The notes: generated by a model not told the origin, from the sequence alone. DNA of 63,489 bases, filler included, from Hyphochytrium catenoides (GCA_900088475.1; 12 parts of 12 records of this genome joined end to end with filler, not necessarily neighbours in it); one strand, 5' to 3'; positions 12,782 to 28,016 are shown, counted from the first letter of the whole stretch. Translations and numbers: made by a program.

Positions 12782-12878
12782 AATTGAATGAAGTTAGGGA
12801 GTTGAAAGAAAAGGAAAGCTACTGATGGTCCCACTCTAGAAGACCATAGAGTGTGTGTGTGTGAGAGAGAGAGGGAGT

Positions 12879-12909
<31 letters not shown>

Positions 12910-13001
12910 AAGAACGAGAGTGAAAGAGAGAGAAAGAGAGAAAGAGGCGTGCGTACAAATCTCCCTCTTCTACTCCTTACCTGGTGAGCCTTCAGGCTGC
13001 T
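7788..13001 (-). CDS. Internal part of a multi-exon gene of unknown function, with microsatellite-filled introns
   Basis: Islands of complex sequence, several ending in minus-strand GT donors, at approximately 12670-12706 (GDEFEPLPQEM), 12214-12378 (EEVLREILLDLAAEIPLM), 11228-11334, 10824-10955, 9826-10280 (KNLFLDLRMNNL, LRR-like), 8580-8657 and 7790-8170. Boundaries are approximate. Confidence 0.5.
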
Positions 13002-13963
13002 NNNNNNNNNNNNNNNNNNNNNNNNNNNNNNNNNNNNNNNNNNNNTTAATTAATTAANNNNNNNNNNNNNNNNNNNNNNNNNNNNNNNNNNNNNNNNNNN
13101 NGCATCCTTCCAAAAGGAAGCGCCGCAGCTCCCTCCGTAGAGACGTCGCAGCTTAGACAGATTATAATAAAGCTGTGCCAAAGGATTGTGTCGCACTCTG
13201 TAGTTGGTGTCGCAGTAGAGAGGTCAAAGACGGAGGTAACGATGACTGACCCGGGATGCTCAGGAACAGGGACTATGGAGACCAAAATATCTAGAGCTCA
13301 CTGCATGGAGAACGGGACCAAGAAGCGAGGAGCAGAGTCAGCGACCACGTGGCCTTGCTAATGGCGAGAGCATCGAAGACGAGGTAACGACCGTGAGCCG
13401 ATGAGGAAGATGATGGAGATCTGATGAGCTTGAACGCCGCCGATAAGAATCCGATTGTTGAAGATCATCACCCGATATGTCAAGTATGAGCTTTATTTGA
13501 CCTAAACCCGTACAACATTTACTTTCATTGTCATTTATGTGAAATGAGGAAAGTTGTTTGTGTCTTTCACGCAGTTCAGGACTCGTTGTGTGGGTTGGAA
13601 CTTTGACATTCTGTCGTAATAGTGTGAGATTTGGGCTCGTTTTATAGTTGTGAAGTTGACACTTATGAAAGGTAAGAGCCGTGGTCAGCATCATACTGAA
13701 GAGATCCTTCTCTGGCGCTTGCGGCGGCCCATTAGCAGCTCAGACCCACATGGCTCTTACTGATCGGTAAGCTGGGGCTCTCTAAGCTAAGCCAGGCTTC
13801 TTAAGCCGCACCGCTCGCCGGTATATGGGTTGGGAGAGATAGAGGGTATCTAAAGAGCTTCTGAGTTGGTCTCGGCAGGACCTCATCGCCAGTCTACATG
13901 GATCAGACGTGCAGGATCCAATAGGTGCTAATAGAAGCAGGGCTGGTTGCCAGCTATACGTTG

Positions 13964-15607
13964 CTACTCTGTCTTGCTTTTATCTGATAAGAGGTCCCGA
14001 TGGGGATCATATGTATTCGCAAAGTCCAGCTGCCGGACCATCGAGTCCAACCGTGTGGCAAAGGCTCCAATTGTAAACTTCTCATGTACCCTCCGGTTAC
14101 CCTCTCGTCCCATCTGAGCCACATGGAAGGGTGAGGAGGGCACTACCAACTTGGCAATGGCCTCTGCGAAGGCTTCAGGGGTAGGTTCTCTGAGATATCC
14201 CGTTTTACCGTCTATGATGGACTCTACCGGGCCCCCGGAGTTGACGGCAACAACAGGTTTACCGGCAAACATTGCCTCGACCGGCACTATGCCGAAGTGT
14301 TCATTGCTTGGGGTATAGATCACGCATCTGAGTAGGGGGAGTCAAACAACACGCAGGGAGGTGGCACAAGTTAGTCACTAGGGAGGTCAGAGAAGAGAGG
14401 AAAGTCAATAACTGGAGAGATTTAGGAGCATGTGAGGTGCCAATGGAGTCTTCCTTACACCTGTAGCACACGGATGGGATACAGGTAGACAGAGGTCAGT
14501 GAAGCTAGAAGCAATTTTTAGTCCTTACCGAGCAGCTTGTAAGAGCGTAATCTTTTCTGAGTCAGTGAAGGAAGGCTTGAAGATGACCATTCCTGTCAAG
14601 CCAAGCTTTTCTACCTTCTCTTTTAGTTCCTGCAGGTGCTCCACATTCTCGCGATTGTTAGGATCGTAGCCACCAGCTATCACAAGCATAAGCTTGTCAT
14701 ACTCCTCCTTAGGCACCAGCGAGCTCAGGGAGCGCAAGGCTTCAATAGCTAAACCTATGTTCTTCTTCCTCTCAAAGCGGTTGATCGATAGAAGGGTAGT
14801 CTGATCTTTAAGCTCGGTAGCCACCGCCGGAGGAGGCACTAGTTCAGCAGGGTTCACAGGAGGATACAGCACGAGGGGAGAGGTCAAGCCCTTGAAGTAT
14901 TCCTCAAAGACGTTACGGGTGTAGATAGAGTTCACGACAATAAGATCCGCCGTGGAGGTTGTTGCCAACTCCAGCCAGTCCAGCAAGCTTCTATATAACC
15001 GCTTGAGCACGCTGCCTCTCTCCACGCAAAGAAGCTGGTCCGGATAGTGGCAATAGAATAGTACCGGCCAGCCACGAACTCTCGCAATGGGGACAATGAC
15101 AGACTCTTGATCGCAGAAAACAACATTGACCTTCTTGGCAGTCAGCAGGACGACAAGAGTGACATAGACCATTCGGATAACCGTGCACCATTTGAAGAAC
15201 TTGCCCATGATGGTCCGTGGAAGCCAGTCTCCGTGTACGTGAATCCTATTCTTAAGAAGCCCGTTGCCTCGAGTCTCTTCAAAGCAATGGCTAGTATCGT
15301 GATGCGCAGTGTACAATTGTACATCGTGTCCCTTGGATAGCAACGCCGCTGCTGCGTTGACAACTAGCTTCTCAGCGCCGCCAATGCCGAGATCGGGATG
15401 GATGAAAATCACCTTCAAAGGTACCTGCTTCAGCTCCTTCTCCAAGTCGATTTTGCTCCATGGTACGCGGCTGAGGCAAGTATTGCGGGTAGCACGGTCA
15501 AACAGAAAGAAAATGAAGATAGCTCCAGTTGCGACGAGGGAAAGAAGAAGTGCCAACTGCTGAGAGAAGGCACCAGCCGCAATCTGCTTCTCCGGTAGTG
15601 TCCCCAT
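13964..15607 (-). CDS. ALG2: Alpha-1,3/1,6-mannosyltransferase ALG2 (GT4)
   Basis: Motifs FIHPDLGIGGAE, FYCHYPD, SINRFERKKN, AGGYD and YTPSNEHFGIVPVEAM. Exons 15607-14529 and 14327-13964 are joined by a GT-AG intron that restores the frame (AAR/CVIYTP). Confidence 0.95.
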
Positions 15608-16592
15608 ACTAGCCTCTATGTAAAGAAGGTACTGAAGAGCCTTACTTATTGCCTCAGAGCTCTTCCGTACCGGCAGACGAGCTTCTCAAAGCTCTAGCCC
15701 CCACTTTTATCGGACAGTTGCGCCGTCGACAAGGCGAAAGCACTGACCCACTGGCTCTTTCCAGATCCATCCCATACGCTGTCTCTACTCACATAGGCTA
15801 AGTATCAATGTCTTTGGCATCTAGTGCTACTCTCATTCAATGGGAGCGCTCGCCGCTCATGGAGTTGTGACACAGACAGGAAAGGGAGCGAGTTCTGAAT
15901 GAAGCTTTTTGGTCCTGGGGGAAGTGAAGGATCACAAACAAAATCGTAGAAAGAAATCATAAAGCAATCTGTCCCTCAGTTATTTATATTGCACTTTTCT
16001 CCTGTTCTGTCAATGTTCCCAGCCTTGTCCCAACCACTCACAAAGGCCACCTTTCCTTGAAAGGAAACGAAATAATCATTTCTTTTATGTTTCACGATTG
16101 TTATGCCAGCCATAATTTACAGATGAACGTTTCGATTCTTTCATGGAAACAAGAATTACTTCCGAATCTTCTTACGAGCCCACCCATNNNNNNNNNNNNN
16201 NNNNNNNNNNNNNNNNNNNNNNNNNNNNNNNNNNNNNNNNNNNNNNNNNNNNNNNNNNNNNNATCCAAGGGTTCAACCACGTCCCACCCTCCTTCCTCCT
16301 TCACCCTTTCACAGAGTTAAAACACAGCTTTCTCTCATGACATGCAAACCAAAAGATACCGCCCACCCATCCTTCTTGTATCTTTTTTCTGCTCTCTGTA
16401 GGGTGGGTGCGCTGTTCTGACCCATGCTTCAGTATATTAGTAGGCTAAATAGGGTGGGTGGGGCATAGGCTGACGGCGGCCTGCAGCATCGTCGGCGCCG
16501 CTCATTTTCTGAGCTTCAAACTCCAATTTGCGATCTTTGGAAGAAGACGGAGCTTCCAGAAAGCTGCAGACTGGTCTCTGCCTGCAGGAGCC

Positions 16593-18947
16593 ATGGACAC
16601 TCTAACTACTACGACTTTGAACGCTGCGGCTGCAGCTGCCCATGAAGGCCCCCACGATGGATCTGCCTCCGGATTCTGGATCTCGATGATCATCATCGTC
16701 GCTGCTTCCCTCTTCGGTCTTGCCTTCGGCATCTATCAGTTTTACCAGGTTTCCCTCGTCAAAATAGAGCACCAGGAGGAGTTCTTCCGCAAGGTTGGTG
16801 CTGAGGAAAGCGCTGCTGGTCGTCTATTTGAGATCTACACCCACATCCGCGAAGGTGCCCAGGCGTTTCTCAGAGCTGAGTACACACTATGCGCCATCTT
16901 CATTGCAGGCTTCGGTGGCGTCATCTTCGTGCTATGCTCTTATATCAACAAGAAGGCAGGCGATGAGTTTGATGGCAAGATCCTCACTGAGGACCGTGTA
17001 TGGGACTTCGCGATTGGTGGCTTCACCGCCATTTCCTTTGTGGTTGGAGGTGTAACCTCTATTTTGTCCGGGTACATCGGTATGATGGTTGCTGTCTTCT
17101 CCAACGCTCGTACCACCATTTCTGCCATGAAGGAAGGCAGCCAGGGCTGGAAGGAGAGCTTCAACATTGCTTTCCGTGCTGGTGGAGTCATGGGTTTCTG
17201 CCTCTGCTCCCTTGCCCTTCTCGTTCTATATGTTTTGATCAACCTCTTCTCCATGCGTTACTCCCTGGAGAACCATGCCGAGACCCTTTTCGAGACCATC
17301 GCTGGATACGGTTTGGGAGGCTCCTCTATTGCTATGTTTGGTCGTGTTGGAGGCGGTATCTACACCAAGGCTGCTGATGTTGGTGCTGATCTTGCTGGAA
17401 AGGTTGTCGTTGGTATCCCTGAAGATGATCCTCGTAACCCTGCTGTCATCGCTGACAATGTTGGTGACAATGTGGGCGATGTCGCTGGTATGGGTGCTGA
17501 TCTCTTTGGCTCTCTGGCTGAGTCTACCTGCGCTGCTCTCGTCATCTCCACTCAGAGTACTGAGCTCATCCAGCACGGCTGGACCTCTGCTCTTTTCCCT
17601 CTTTTCATCACTGCCGCTGGCATCGTTGTGTGCGCTCTCTGCTCTTTCCTTGCTACTGACATCAGCCCTGTAAGAAAGGAGGCTGACGTAGAGAAGGTCC
17701 TGAAGCTCCAGCTGTTCTCCACTGCTCTTGCCATGACCATCGCTATGTACCCCATTTCTGAGGCATTCCTTCCTTCCAGCTTCACTATTGGAGACAAGTA
17801 CACCTGCACCCCTATCTCTGCCTTCTACTGCGTTGTTATCGGTCTTTGGGGCGGCTGCCTTGTAGGCTTTGTCACTGAGTACTATACCTCTCACTCCTAC
17901 ACCCCTACGAGGGAGGTGGCTCAGTCTTGTGAGACTGGCGCTGCGACCAACATCATCTACGGTCTTGCTCTTGGGTACAAGTCCAACATTATCCCTATTA
18001 CCATCATCGCTGTAGCTGTGTATGTAGGTTTCTCCACTGCAGGAATGTATGGTGTGGCTCTTGCTGCTCTTGGTTTCCTTGGCTCCCTTGCTACCTGCCT
18101 TTCCATCGATGTTTATGGCCCAGTCTGTGACAACGCAGGCGGTATCGCTGAGATGGCTGAGCTGCCCTCTGAGGTCAGAGACAAGACTGATGCCCTTGAT
18201 GCTGCTGGCAACACCACCGCTGCTATCGGCAAGGGCTTTGCTATTGGCTCTGCTGCCCTTGTATCTCTTGCTCTTTTCGGAGGTTTCGTTACCCGCGTCG
18301 GAATGAAGGAAATCAACATCCTCACGCCAATGACCTTTGCTGCTCTCTTCATCGGCGCTATGCTGCCCTACTGGTTCACCGCGCTAACCATGAAGAGCGT
18401 CGGTAACGCTGCTATGGACATGGTCAAGGAGGTCAAGTACCAGTTTGCTACCATTCCTGGCCTCCTTGAGGGTCTGCCTGGCCACGGACCTCCTGACCAT
18501 GCTCGCTGCATCAAGATCTCCACTGATGCATCTCTTAGAGAAATGATTGCTCCTGGTCTTCTTGTCATGCTCTCCCCTATCCTCATGGGCACCTTCTTCG
18601 GTATCCTGGGTGTCAGCGGCCTCCTTGTTGGTGCTATCACGTCCGCAGTGCAGCTCGCTATCTCTCAGTCCAACACTGGTGGTGCTTGGGATAACGCTAA
18701 GAAGTATGTTGAGAAGGGCCAGGTCTCTATTGAGACTCCTGATGGCAAGTTCGTGGTACAGGGCAAGGGCAGCGACATCCACAAGGCCGCTGTCATCGGA
18801 GACACTGTCGGTGATCCTCTGAAGGATACCTCTGGACCTGCTCTTAACATCGTCATGAAGCTTATGGCTATCATCTCTCTTGTCTTCGGAGACTTCTTCA
18901 AGTCTATCAACAACGGACAGGGTCTTTTCCACATCAAGTCAGAGTAA
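16593..18947 (+). CDS. VP1: Vacuolar-type H+-translocating pyrophosphatase, K+-dependent (type I)
   Basis: Motifs GGGIYTKAADVGADLAGK, DDPRNPAVIADNVGDNVGD, EYYTS, GNTTAAIGKG (Ala = K+-dependent determinant) and GDTVGDPLKD. First in-frame ATG is at 16593. The CDS is intronless with strong codon bias. Confidence 0.97.
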   Translation: MDTLTTTTLNAAAAAAHEGPHDGSASGFWISMIIIVAASLFGLAFGIYQFYQVSLVKIEHQEEFFRKVGAEESAAGRLFEIYTHIREGAQAFLRAEYTLCAIFIAGFGGVIFVLCSYINKKAGDEFDGKILTEDRVWDFAIGGFTAISFVVGGVTSILSGYIGMMVAVFSNARTTISAMKEGSQGWKESFNIAFRAGGVMGFCLCSLALLVLYVLINLFSMRYSLENHAETLFETIAGYGLGGSSIAMFGRVGGGIYTKAADVGADLAGKVVVGIPEDDPRNPAVIADNVGDNVGDVAGMGADLFGSLAESTCAALVISTQSTELIQHGWTSALFPLFITAAGIVVCALCSFLATDISPVRKEADVEKVLKLQLFSTALAMTIAMYPISEAFLPSSFTIGDKYTCTPISAFYCVVIGLWGGCLVGFVTEYYTSHSYTPTREVAQSCETGAATNIIYGLALGYKSNIIPITIIAVAVYVGFSTAGMYGVALAALGFLGSLATCLSIDVYGPVCDNAGGIAEMAELPSEVRDKTDALDAAGNTTAAIGKGFAIGSAALVSLALFGGFVTRVGMKEINILTPMTFAALFIGAMLPYWFTALTMKSVGNAAMDMVKEVKYQFATIPGLLEGLPGHGPPDHARCIKISTDASLREMIAPGLLVMLSPILMGTFFGILGVSGLLVGAITSAVQLAISQSNTGGAWDNAKKYVEKGQVSIETPDGKFVVQGKGSDIHKAAVIGDTVGDPLKDTSGPALNIVMKLMAIISLVFGDFFKSINNGQGLFHIKSE

Positions 18948-19289
18948 GACGGGGTTCTGCGGTGTCTGTCCTTCTCTAGCTCCATTTGTCTAACGATGAG
19001 ATGTTGGAGATGTGGAAGGACGGGATAGCTTTTGTCCGCATCCTCTTAGTTGGATAGGTTTAGAGTAGTGGGATGAGTCGGTGTGACATCGCTTGGATGT
19101 TAAACTGCTTATAATACAAAGGAAAAGGTCCCCACCGAGTATCTCTCCATGTCCTTCAGTTGTTATCATATATGGAGAGAGACTAGGCAATAAGCCGCGC
19201 TGGCGCGTTGCTGTATATCCAAGAAAGTATGCCTTTATTCGCCTGTTGTCTCTTTATAAAAGACGGTGAAACAAGCCAGCGGCTTGAGC

Positions 19290-22589
<3,300 letters not shown>

Positions 22590-23577
22590 TATTGAAGGGT
22601 AGATAGAACCTCAGTCCCTGACTAGAAAAGCGTAACTTCAAGCAAGGCCGAAGTGGGAGTTGATATGGTCAATTAGCAGCAACAAGTAAACGCGGGTCCT
22701 TCCACTGTGGTGGGCAAATCTTCAACGCTGAGGCGACTTGAGATTACCGCAGCTAACACAGCGGGTTTCTCAGCATAAGCAAGCTATTGCTCCTCGTATC
22801 TGTCTATGGCTGTCTTGGCCACGCAGCATGTGTGGCTCTTCCATCCTCTCTTCAGCCTTTAATCCCCTGCCCACTGCTCGGCTCAAGCTTCAGAAATCAG
22901 AAATCAGAAAACGGAGCTTCGGGAATCGCTTTTCCTTTGTGCGTCGTAGTTGTAATACAGTAGCCGACCACAACGGATGTGTCCAATCAATAACGGCTAT
23001 CTCCTCAAAATGTGCTTAAGGCTTAGGTAAATGTGCACAACTCATTACCGGCTCTATTTTTGGTTATGTACGGTATACAGCGTGGTACATGTACAACAGG
23101 GCAATATCTCGACATGTCAGACGAGCATCTGCATCTTCAACATCTGTCATTATTGGGTAGGCGTCTTGAAGAGAAAAGTCGCAGGCAGTTCTTGTCGGAG
23201 GAGCAAACTAGTGAGAGGGCGAAGAGAACGGAAGGACTCCTCGATAATATTATACTCCAGCGGCCGGAGGATGCTGAGAGACATTAGAGTTGAAGGTCGA
23301 ACAAGCACATGGAGAAGCAAACATCACAGCTGCTGCAGCACATTCTGCTCCGAGACCCGCTAGTTCCATCAACCCCTTCTCTTTGAGGCACGGGGCATCT
23401 ACGGTTTACCAGTACTGAGGTCTCGTGTTCCTCTGCAGTTCGTTTATGTAGAGCTATAAACATAGCTCAACAAAGGCAAAACGATTCTGCTTTGGTACCC
23501 TAAAAGTAAAGCACCAGGAGGAAGTGTCAGAGAGACCGGACAGAGAAGATCCAGGGAAATAGAGACAGAATAGGATT

Positions 23578-25632
23578 ATGGAAGACTTTCTTACCTATAA
23601 AAATCGAAAAGTTGCCAAAAAGCTACAGAACCTCGCCCTTGACTCGGCGGTGGGCGGACTCACGTTCTACTCCTCTCTGTCACTCTTTCACCTCCTCCAA
23701 GGTCAGTGTTGCTCCGAGGCGTGTCTCTTGGACCTGTCACTACTTCCAATGTCGTACTCTCCTAAGTCTTTGCTTCATACACTTCTCATTGCCTCTTCGT
23801 CCATCTATATCATAAGCTGGCCGTGCTAAGGTTCTTTTGCTTTTACTTCAACCCGCAGGTGGTCTTAGGATCTCCGCCGCTTCTCCGTTCTTCCTTCCCT
23901 CCTGGATGGGACTGGCAGCAGTGGTCTCTGCCTCAGTATTGACGGGACACCTTTATAAGATACCAAGAAAAGTATTTTTAGCCAAAGACAATGCTGGTCC
24001 GTTCTACTCTCACCTCCTTGCTTCTGTCTATAAAGGCTACGGCTTGCTTGCACCTTCCTAGCTGTAGACTTCTGTCCTGCATCCAATTCCTAGCTTCAGA
24101 CTTCCGTTTCCCCTCATTTGTGTATCCTCACCAAGCCTCAAGCTCTTTTGACGCAAACCCTTCGCTCCTTCGCTCTGGTTCTTCTCTCTTGTGAGCTAAC
24201 CCATTCCTCATTAAAACCTAGTTTATCTTTCGGACTAACAATCCTCGCTAACTCAGGGCAGTCATGGCGAGAAAAGCTTGAAAAAGCAGTCGTAGAGGTC
24301 AAGAAAGGACCCTCAAGTAGCGAGGTAGGCCGTGATAGATACTAAAGTCTCACCTTCTTCGCCTTGCTTTTTCTTGGCTCTCTGTCTCCCATCATAATCT
24401 CGGGTATCACTCACTCCTCTGTCATCGGGCCCGCTTCTATCTGGTGGTGTTCCGACAATGTAGGATCTTCTTGCCTGACCATGTTCTGTTATCCTTCATA
24501 ACTCTCTGGGATCAATATGCCGGCTCCAGATGCTCTTATACTCGTCCTTCGGTTTGGTTGTCTTCCGCGTGACCGGTGGCCGATTCTTTTCGCTTGCGCC
24601 TTCGGACTATCGCTACCTAGGCGCCTTCCATAGGCCGAAAGCGTCACTTCCGGCATCGCTGGAATATGCCGATCAGGGTGAGAGAGGAGCGATTGGAGCA
24701 CTAGGGAGACTTATCGGCTGCCATACCTGTGGGAAGAGATCAGGCCAGTACCATGCTGACCACATGCCCCCTGTCAGGTGAGTGTTGGCGTCAGGGATCT
24801 CATTGAGTTAGAGAGAGTGATATGGTGATAATAAGAAGATGGTCAGAGGGATAGGGTGGGCTCTGAAGGAGAGGCCATTGTCAAGTGCCGTTGCGAGGGA
24901 AGCCGGCCCGGCCGATCATGGTGAGCATTAGGAGGTCAGGAAAAAAGGTTTCCCTGTTGCGCAAGGCGCAGAGGTCCTATTGGAAGGGCTTGGAATTATG
25001 CCGTTTGGGTTCTCGCTGTCTCATCTTGAGAATGAAGACAAACCTCTACCTTACCACGACCTGTGGCGACAATTTCTAATGTCTATACCTGACACTGACT
25101 CCCCTTTTTCCCTCCACTCCTTTCATTATCACTTAGCTTTGTGAAGAAGGCTAATTCTCTCTGGTGGCGGCGGCTGACGGGTCTACAGATGAGCCAACGG
25201 TTCTATCCCCAGTGTTCTTCCTGCTCTAACACTCAAGGACAGATGGTCAAGAAAAATGTCAAAGGACTGAAGTTCCATTTTCACTCACTCCGAGCCTACC
25301 ATTTCTCAGGATTGTGGCTTGCTGTCCTTCTATCCAACATCAAGGAGAAAGACATGACTAGTGTTAAGGACAGAGACCGAAGCAGCCTAGGCCAGAAGTA
25401 CTCAACGCAAGAAAGCGGAGAAGGCCTCGCCTATACCTTCAAGGCAGGCATCGAGGCTGCAATGGATGTCCTACGATCCAAAGAGGACCGTCTGGAACTT
25501 TTGAGAAGGGAAGAGAAAGTGCTCAAGCAGCGGTTGAGAAGAGAAAAGGGGAAGAAGGCGGAAGAGATAGCTGAACATTTGGAGTGGATAGAGAAAGAGA
25601 AGGAGCAGCTGAAGTTGAGAAGAAACAGCTAA
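23578..25632 (+). CDS. Membrane-anchored His-Me finger (HNH-like) nuclease-domain protein, 5 exons
   Basis: Exons 23578-23701, 23859-~23996, ~24258-24323, 24530-~24777 and ~25137-25632 join in frame by GT-AG. The protein has N-terminal hydrophobic segments, then GCHTCG..ADHMPP..QRFYPQCSSCSNTQG, and a C-terminal coiled coil. Confidence 0.8.
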
Positions 25633-26379
25633 AAGACAGAAACATTATCGCCACCTATGCCTGCACTTTAGGCAGGAGAAAACTTGTTCATCAGGATCAA
25701 TAAGGACTCTTGATAAGGAAGTAAACCACTCAGACAGACTTTAAATCACTCAGACAGACTAGTCCTTTCCTCGGGCACCCTGGAGTACATGCGTGGGCCC
25801 TGAAGGTGGTGAAGCGCCATTGTTGGTCTTGATCTGAAGGTCCGTAAGTTTCAATGCAGATACTAAACCCTAGGAGGTCAAGAGCGAGATGCTTTCTATA
25901 GTACAAGTCTACACGAGCCGTCAACAGCCGTCAACATACAGCCCGGACTGCTTGAAGGCCAGTACCTTTGACTTCTAAAACCAGGCTCGAGAAAGCTCAC
26001 AAAGAGGACTGGAGCTGGCGTATCTTCTTGGCATCTCCATCATCTCTGTATTAGGAATAGGCGTTACAGAGTTCGCTGTAGACCTTTGATCTTTGGTCCA
26101 GATCTTGCAGAGACCTTTACTGCCTCGGACTGCAAGTACGGAACCAATAGCTACTTGTAGTTCTGCAAAATAACTGTACCTGTCCAAATCGATATCATTT
26201 ACATACATAGATTTCCCTCGTTGGGTCTTACAAGTCCGTTTCGGGAGACCCGGTCTATGACGCACTGTACTTGTACTTGGAAATGACCCATCCAAGATTA
26301 TCCAAGCCATTGTTGTACGCGGAGGATAACTCACACAATCGTCCTTGAGACCATTCTGATAAGGGACGCCAAAAAGTGG

Positions 26380-26451
26380 AGGTTCTACCGGGATTTGAAC
26401 CCGGATCGATGGATTCAGAGTCCATAGTGCTAACCGTTACACCATAGAACC
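26380..26451 (-). tRNA. tRNA-Gln (anticodon CTG)
   Basis: GGTTCTATGGTGTAACGGTTAGCACTATGGACTCTGAATCCATCGATCCGGGTTCAAATCCCGGTAGAACCT folds as a full cloverleaf with A and B boxes. It is followed by CCA and a T5 Pol III terminator. Confidence 0.97.
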
Positions 26452-26631
26452 ACAAGGATGATAAGAACTGATTATCTTTCAATAATAAAGACTACACTTG
26501 TAAGTCCTTCTTAACTGTGATCAGAATCCATCCCACTTCCCCAACAAAAACTGCTTGTGCTCTTCTTCGATAATTCGGTCTCCTCAGTTGCCGTCCATTG
26601 CCCCACATCCCCGCCGTTCTCATCCACTCCA

Positions 26632-28016
26632 GCATCAGCCGAGCGTTGCTATTAGGTCCGCTTTATTAGAGGGAGTGACAGGGATGGCTGCTTTTGGCGT
26701 CTCTCAATTAAAGCCTGGCGGTGCTTGTGCATTTTTGCGCGGTGATAGGTGTCGCTGGGTTTTAATGACTGGAGAACTGAGATGTCCTGGATATGGGCGT
26801 GAATCGTCACGTGAGTGTTTGTTTGATGTCCCTGTCCGAAGCTCTTTTACGGCGTTCCTCAGCTGGTCTCGGTATTGGCGTGCGCTAGCGTCGGGAGCCT
26901 TTGTACAATCTTTTGCTACACCTGATTGGGAATCGTCTGCTTGGGGCTGTGATCTTTCGGTTGTGACAGTGCATAGGCAAACTCTTCATCATAGACCTAC
27001 CCATGTCCGATAGACCGGTTTCTGATACCCCTCTAAGATTAATCTTCCGCTTGCAAGAAAGGGAAGAAGCATCTGGAAGCGAAGGAAATGGACACAATGA
27101 TGATGGCAAGTAGCATGAACAAAGATGGCCTGCTGCAACCTCCACTTTCAGATGCTGACGCCACAAGAGTCAGCCGCCGCCGGGATGATGGGCGGGATGA
27201 TGATGACCAGATGATGACCGAAGCAGGGGCAGCACAAGAAAAAGTTATGCCTGACAAAGCAACGCCAAGTTACTCGCCCGACGCTCATACTTTTAGGAGC
27301 TACCAAAGGGCTTCTTTGTCCCGATTCGTTCGCAAAGCCTTCACTTTGCCCGTGCCTGCGTATTCCATCATCCTCATCCTTTAGCCAAGCTTCTTCCTCC
27401 CCCGCGGTGTCAGCTTCCCCTTCCAAGGTTATGCGTTTTTAGTGCCATCCACATGATAGCAGAAAAGAGGAAGAAGGCAACAGCAACGGTAAGAAAGATG
27501 ACTGGAAGGCGGACGAAGAAGGAGAGAAGATTCTCTACTCTTGCGAAAGCACCATGACAGCTATCGCAGTGACATAGAGCAAAAATGAAAGAGCTTGCGA
27601 GCGGAAGATTAATCCTAGAGGTGTATCAGCAACCGGTCTGTCGGACCTGTTAAGAACCTATCACGAAGAGTCTGCTATGCATTGTCACACCCGAAAGACC
27701 ACAGCCCCAAGCAGACGATTCCCAATCAGGTGTAACAAAAGATTGTACAAAGACTCCCACGCTTGCGCACGCCAATACCGAGACCAGCTGAGGAACGCCG
27801 TAAAAGAGCATCGGACAGGGACATCAAACAAACACTCACGTAACAATTCACGCCCAGAAATCCAGGACATCTCAGTTCTCCAGTCATTATCATCCAGCGA
27901 CACCTATCACCGCACAGAATGCACGAGCACCGCCAGGCTTTAATTGAGAGATGCCAAAAGCAACCATCCCTGTCACTCCCTCTAAAGCGGACCTATCAGC
28001 AACGCTCGCCTGATGC
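26632..28016. repeat. Long imperfect inverted repeat: ~425-bp arms (26632-27057 and 27594-28016) with a ~540-bp spacer
   Basis: The arms align over their full length, for example GTGAGTGTTTGTTTGATGTCCCTGTCCGA versus its reverse complement at ~27812-27840. Track ORFs on opposite strands share peptides (RECLFDVPVR, MHCH.RK.TAPSRRFPIRC). Confidence 0.9.

Noticed and set aside
8225-12834. Dozens of SLSLSL and ERERER ORFs (also 4652-5398, 55792-56772, 62298-63357)
   Set aside because: These are stop-free translations of (CT)n/(AG)n microsatellites.
16458-16592. N-terminal extension of the H+-PPase from a GTG start
   Set aside because: This is a eukaryotic gene, and the first ATG in good context (GCCATGG) is at 16593.
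16502-18985. Long antisense and alternate-frame ORFs over the H+-PPase (likewise over the 1237-aa ORF, the ADH and the Helitron)
   Set aside because: Shadow ORFs produced by the codon bias of the real gene.
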